Positions 7,725 through 11,801 of a stretch of 11,801 nt of DNA are shown here, one piece after another. The position numbers and the translations under genes were made by a program. This stretch comes from Candidatus Thorarchaeota archaeon. GTDB taxonomy: Archaea; Asgardarchaeota; Thorarchaeia; Thorarchaeales; Thorarchaeaceae. Under the pieces are notes generated by a model, which was given only the letters and a program-made list of their open reading frames with translations, was not told where the DNA came from and ran no database searches. Location: positions 1 to 11,801 of the forward strand of contig JAWOEX010000034.1 of assembly GCA_046482545.1 (NCBI GenBank), read 5' to 3'. How positions within the stretch are numbered: position 1 is the stretch's first letter; each line of letters begins with the position of its first letter.

Positions 7725-9304
7725 CTCCAGTAAGAGGGGGGATCAGATTCATTGATAGTCGATAGTATTCCGACCAGATTTTCGATGTCGTCCTCAAACT
7801 CGTCTGAATTAGTGAGTGATTTCTTAATTGAATTGAGAATCTGCGGGGTTTTCCAAACCATTTCACGCTCTGTAAAATCGACAACAACAAGGACCAAGGT
7901 CAACAGACTGCTAAGACATACGAGGCGTGTATGAATATCAGCGAACGCAACAAGGGAATTGGTAATTTGTGCAACTGCTAAAGAAACTACAAACCCAATT
8001 GCTATGTTTAATGGCAACACCAAAGGTTTAGGATAAAACACGGTCGTCTTATTGTAAATCATTGACAGCGTGCGGTATCTTTTGAAAAGTAGCTTCTTTA
8101 TTTTGGAAATCCAATTTCTGGGAGATGCTATTATCAATGCAAAAAGAGTAACAACACATATCGATATTATTAGTGGAAAATGAAGCTTCCATAGGGGTAT
8201 AGAATCACTAACGTAGTAAAGAATGCTACTAGAAGGTTCAGTTGGTGCCATGGATCGGATGCTAGAATATAGAGATTCATTGCCCGAGCTCATGAGCAAG
8301 ATACCGTGTGGAGATTCACCGTAGCTAAACTTAGGCATGTATGTTCTGAAATAACGTGGACAGGACCTTCTCAGAATGGTTCCTGTTTCCTCATTGATTA
8401 AAATCTCTGTCATATTCGAATCTCGCGTTTCAACGAGACGATATTGATTCGACATGTTGACATAGCTTATAGATTCCAACTCGAGTCTTTCCAACCATTC
8501 TGTGCTGTATATTTCTTCAAACACGTTTTCTAATTGGCCTAACAAGATATTCAGTCTATGTAAATTAATTGTCTCATTGTCAATACCATCGTGGTACGCA
8601 ACAAGAATACTTCTTTGTGATTGGACGACATCAAAATCATAAAGCCCATCCCCTTTAGGTTGCCATTGATTTAGTACTTCCGTGGAATTGAATCTGACAA
8701 GATTAAGAGACTTATTCTCAGACTCTTTGTAGAGAATCAAAGGGTCTTCCCCCTCAAAGCAGTTCGACATCTTATGGTCAACAAGATAAAGAAAAGGGCA
8801 GAAACTATGGTTCCACAGCCCTTTGCTAAGATGGATAAACGTCAAGCCATATGTTTCATTCATGTGGGAGCGGGCACATAAGAAAAATTCATCAGTTGTA
8901 GAGGTTACCTGAAATTCGTGGAGGGCATATCCCACTAGGTCCGTCAGATTCGTCATATGGAAATCTCCGGGTTCTAAATCTAGATGATATGATAGAGCAC
9001 CTGCATAACTCCTCATTGCTCCGTAGAACCGCCCTACCAAGAAAATCGAACCATCATAGTAGCAGAGAGAAATATCATATTCATTAACCACGTAACTGGT
9101 TCTGTTAGTGCTTGCCAAAAAGTACCAATCACGAGCGGAGTTGTTTGAGAAATACAAGTCTGTCTGTGTATCGGATTTATTGTAATAGCTTATAGTAGAA
9201 AAAATCATACTCGTATCTAACCAATCATCCCTTGGGGCGGAGGTCACTAGAATGCTAGTATATGGTGCCCGGTCTGAAGATGTATCCTTTCTGAAATTAT
9301 CCAA
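7643..9304 (-). CDS. Extracellular-type domain plus transmembrane helices; probable middle part of the split metalloprotease gene
   Basis: 553 aa with 12 N-x-S/T sequons before the first TM helix but no N-terminal signal peptide. TTG start overlaps the upstream ORF by 58 bp. Confidence 0.7.
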   Translation of the reverse strand: MDNFRKDTSSDRAPYTSILVTSAPRDDWLDTSMIFSTISYYNKSDTQTDLYFSNNSARDWYFLASTNRTSYVVNEYDISLCYYDGSIFLVGRFYGAMRSYAGALSYHLDLEPGDFHMTNLTDLVGYALHEFQVTSTTDEFFLCARSHMNETYGLTFIHLSKGLWNHSFCPFLYLVDHKMSNCFEGEDPLILYKESENKSLNLVRFNSTEVLNQWQPKGDGLYDFDVVQSQRSILVAYHDGIDNETINLHRLNILLGQLENVFEEIYSTEWLERLELESISYVNMSNQYRLVETRDSNMTEILINEETGTILRRSCPRYFRTYMPKFSYGESPHGILLMSSGNESLYSSIRSMAPTEPSSSILYYVSDSIPLWKLHFPLIISICVVTLFALIIASPRNWISKIKKLLFKRYRTLSMIYNKTTVFYPKPLVLPLNIAIGFVVSLAVAQITNSLVAFADIHTRLVCLSSLLTLVLVVVDFTEREMVWKTPQILNSIKKSLTNSDEFEDDIENLVGILSTINESDPPSYWRWPATIYFILLIKTHLRMKSMRPYAIY

Positions 9305-10446
9305 TCTTCGGTAAGGGTATCACTAATCTCTATAGTGACTCCAGATTTTGTCCATTTATTAACGCGAACTGCGAAGGAGTTATTCTTGTCAAAAAATGTT
9401 TCTCCCTCTCTAAGTGAGGCATCAGATAGAGAATTTGATTGGATTGGTACCTGAAGTCGGACAGCATCACGTCTCAACTTGATTCGTGTTTCATTAACAA
9501 GCATTACTAAGACACCATAGTCAGGGAGAGAAGAATCATAACCAATTTTGGAACGAGCTTCTACCAAATAGTACCTGCCATCGGGCAGGTGATATCTTAT
9601 AGCTCGATAACCCCTTGTCTGACAAGCAATTGGAACTAAATCGATTGAGAGACTGCCATTCGTAAATTCATAAACATCTGAATCTTGAATCAGGCCACTC
9701 TCAAGCTTCGCGAACGAGGACATATGACTTGGTTTCGACCCATCCGGATTTCCGTTATGGTTTCCACTGCTCATCAGTCCCCAGTAAGATATGCCTGTAG
9801 AAGGAGGGTTCTTCGAATGATAATCATACAAATCTGAAGCGCCCAAATCATGACCTAATTCATGTGCTACAGATCCAACAAGATCGTATTCAGAAACAAC
9901 AGAAACCCCTGTGAATGTTCTTCCATCGAGTGTAGTATACCAACCCTCTTTATGACATGTTGAAATACGAGTCTTATTATCGGAAATCTCAGGTGACTGT
10001 CTACTGTATCCGGAATGTACAACCACAAGACGGTCATAGGACCAGAAATCTACACGAAATTCGTTCGCCTTTATGGCTTCGACAATAAGCGAGTCTTTAG
10101 CTCCTCCATGTTCAACATCGCCGTATGTATTAACAGTTGCATAATCTGTCATTTCTTGCGGTATTCGGACCCAACCTGCAACAGTACTCGAAAATATCAA
10201 TTTGTGATAGGAGCATTCCCAATAATAGTCATCAACCTTGTCCATAACATCTTGGAGGTCTCTTATTGATGTCGATGGCGGAGTGTCTTCTGTAAAGACG
10301 GGCAACACGATAATTTGTTGTACCCCAGTAGATTCACTAGGACGTAAGGAAAGGGTGAAACCTGCTGCAAGGATTCCACCGCAAAACGAAAACTGTAGAA
10401 CAAGAAGCACGATATATGCCAGATTCTTTGACCTGTATGAAACCAT
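9247..10446 (-). CDS. M6-family (immune inhibitor A-like) zinc metalloprotease domain protein
   Basis: N-terminal signal/anchor. Motifs VDDYYWECSY, VVVHSG, zinc site VAHELGHDLGASDLY, Met-turn WGLMSSG, PSHMSSFAK and YYLVEARSKIGYDSSLPDYGVLV match the M6 protease domain pattern. Confidence 0.88.
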   Translation of the reverse strand: MVSYRSKNLAYIVLLVLQFSFCGGILAAGFTLSLRPSESTGVQQIIVLPVFTEDTPPSTSIRDLQDVMDKVDDYYWECSYHKLIFSSTVAGWVRIPQEMTDYATVNTYGDVEHGGAKDSLIVEAIKANEFRVDFWSYDRLVVVHSGYSRQSPEISDNKTRISTCHKEGWYTTLDGRTFTGVSVVSEYDLVGSVAHELGHDLGASDLYDYHSKNPPSTGISYWGLMSSGNHNGNPDGSKPSHMSSFAKLESGLIQDSDVYEFTNGSLSIDLVPIACQTRGYRAIRYHLPDGRYYLVEARSKIGYDSSLPDYGVLVMLVNETRIKLRRDAVRLQVPIQSNSLSDASLREGETFFDKNNSFAVRVNKWTKSGVTIEISDTLTEDWIISERIHLQTGHHILAF

Positions 10447-10673
10447 ACTTTATAGCCTCAATTACACAACCTAATGGACCTATACAATATATTTTGAAAG
10501 AGACATAAATAATCCACCTCTTTACTTTTTGGAACGTCTAAAGATGAAAGGTAAATACTGCAGAGACCAATTCGATACATTCCCCAGAAGAAGCATGCGA
10601 CATATTTTTGAGATTATAGGATGTCATCTGAGGCTCCGAGGAACGAAAAGCTAACTCATACTTCAATATTCAA

Positions 10674-10797
10674 GCTAACAAAATAAAATAGATGCTGAGG
10701 ATGGAGATACGTGTTTCTTGAGGTTCTGACCCAAGTCTTGGGAACTCTAGGTGCAGCACGAGTCATATTTTCGGTCTGCTCGCCTCGGACAGTAATA
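10674..10797. repeat. Dispersed structured repeat, copy 5 (core 10692-10762 plus arms)
   Basis: AAAATAAAATAG, then ATGCTGAGGATGGAGATACGTGTTTCTTGAGGTTCTGACCCAAGTCTTGGGAACTCTAGGTGCAGCACGAG, then TCATATTTTCGGTCTGCTCGCCTCGG. Confidence 0.95.
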
Positions 10798-10937
10798 CGA
10801 AGCAGATGGAGTACCGCCACCAGTCCAATCAGTAGTAGTGTTTGTGTCTTCTTTATGGTCTCATCTCCAGAGTGGTTGCGTATCTGTTAGTGTGAATCAT
10901 GTATCATAACCTCATACCAGCGAAATGTCAGCAATGA

Positions 10938-11663
10938 CTACTCCTCTGAATCTTCTCCTTGTTCCTGGATATCGGGGTGTTTCTTGGATTGGGTAATCGG
11001 TCTGTAGAATGCCGCTCCAAGCCCGATATACCCGCTGACAGCTATGATGTACGATATCAAAACAAATACGCCATCGCCGTACGTTGAAACAAACAACCCA
11101 CCGGTCACAAGCCCGTAGATGATAGCAACAAGTCCACCAATCAGGCTTAGAACGTAGCCAGCATTGGCGACCTTATCCGACCCTCTCTCGAAGATACCAG
11201 CTAAGCCTGCTAGTACCACGGACAGAAAGGCAGCTGTGAATCCCTGCACCATCAGGGTTTCCAAGTTCAGGAGCTGTGGTGGGGTTATTGGAATCTCATA
11301 CTCAACGGTAATCCATACATCTGTATACGGAATAAGCCATTGTACCATCAGTACGACACTTATTAGAGAAGCTATAGCACCTAGAGCACTGAATGTTTTG
11401 GAAAGCTTGTTTGAATATTCAATAATTGAGACAAAAAGGGCCAGAGCAACAAGGATTCCGACCATCAAATGGAGACACCCAGCTGAACCTATATCCCTTA
11501 TGTCATAAGGTAAGGTGCCCCACTGTTCATAGGTACTTGGCCATATAAGCTCGACAGAGTATGTCGTTCCATCGTAAATATTCAAGGCATTTACTGCACT
11601 TAGTATAGACCCAACAACGCCTGCTTTTCTTACCTTGTTCAATGTTTCATAATCCACTGCCAA
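10938..11663 (-). CDS. Multi-pass membrane protein of unknown function (paralog B)
   Basis: 241 aa with about six hydrophobic segments, homologous to 2913-3623. Starts at TTG (or a GTG two codons later) after GGAGGT. Confidence 0.85.
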   Translation of the reverse strand: MAVDYETLNKVRKAGVVGSILSAVNALNIYDGTTYSVELIWPSTYEQWGTLPYDIRDIGSAGCLHLMVGILVALALFVSIIEYSNKLSKTFSALGAIASLISVVLMVQWLIPYTDVWITVEYEIPITPPQLLNLETLMVQGFTAAFLSVVLAGLAGIFERGSDKVANAGYVLSLIGGLVAIIYGLVTGGLFVSTYGDGVFVLISYIIAVSGYIGLGAAFYRPITQSKKHPDIQEQGEDSEE

Positions 11664-11744
11664 CTACCTCCTAGAACCATACGGATAGCATTATTGTTTG
11701 TACTGTACATCAATTTCACCAGATTTGATTCTGTACTGCCCTCT
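11661..11744 (-). promoter_or_regulatory. Conserved 5' leader/promoter region of paralog B
   Basis: 75/84 identical to 3621-3709. Contains an imperfect inverted repeat (GTAC-AGA-ATCAA...TTGAT-GTAC on the minus strand) and GGAGGT. Confidence 0.75.
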
Positions 11745-11801
11745 GTGTGATTGGCATCAGATGTCAGTCTCCACTCAGATGAATACAACTGGAGAACACA
11801 A

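Noticed and set aside
1441-10762. CRISPR array
   Set aside because: Repeats are ~70 bp, degenerate and separated by 0.8-3.6 kb of whole genes. No cas genes are present.
1937-11508. Remaining short ORFs in the track that overlap called genes or repeat arms (e.g. 2790-3110, 4312-4596, 4540-4749, 10015-10269, 11164-11508)
   Set aside because: They are antisense or alternative-frame overlaps of better-supported CDSs or of repeat arms, with no recognisable domains.
1-11801. Integrase, transposase or reverse transcriptase gene
   Set aside because: No ORF shows tyrosine-recombinase (R-H-R-Y), DDE, HUH or RT motif patterns. Any cognate enzyme must lie outside the window.

Overview
This is an accessory region, probably archaeal. 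That origin is inferred from TATA-like boxes upstream of genes and N-glycosylation-sequon-rich secreted proteins, and is unverified. The main feature is a ~70-bp conserved, imperfectly palindromic intergenic repeat, present five times in the same orientation (cores at 1441, 3926, 4755, 7060 and 10692) with variable 20-150 bp homologous arms. The copies divide the window into 0.8-3.6 kb blocks, each holding one or two unrelated genes or one split gene. The cargo is a secreted protein (partial, window start), a TPR protein plus a membrane protein, a small membrane protein, a DprA + ComF-like PRTase pair on the opposite strand, an M6-family metalloprotease apparently split by two frameshifts, and a paralog of the first membrane protein. 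The repeat shows compensatory base changes that favour folding of the minus strand, and its left and right flanks are reassorted between copies. The layout resembles an integron-like gene-cassette array, but the site is not a canonical attC. No recombinase, transposase or reverse transcriptase is visible in the window.
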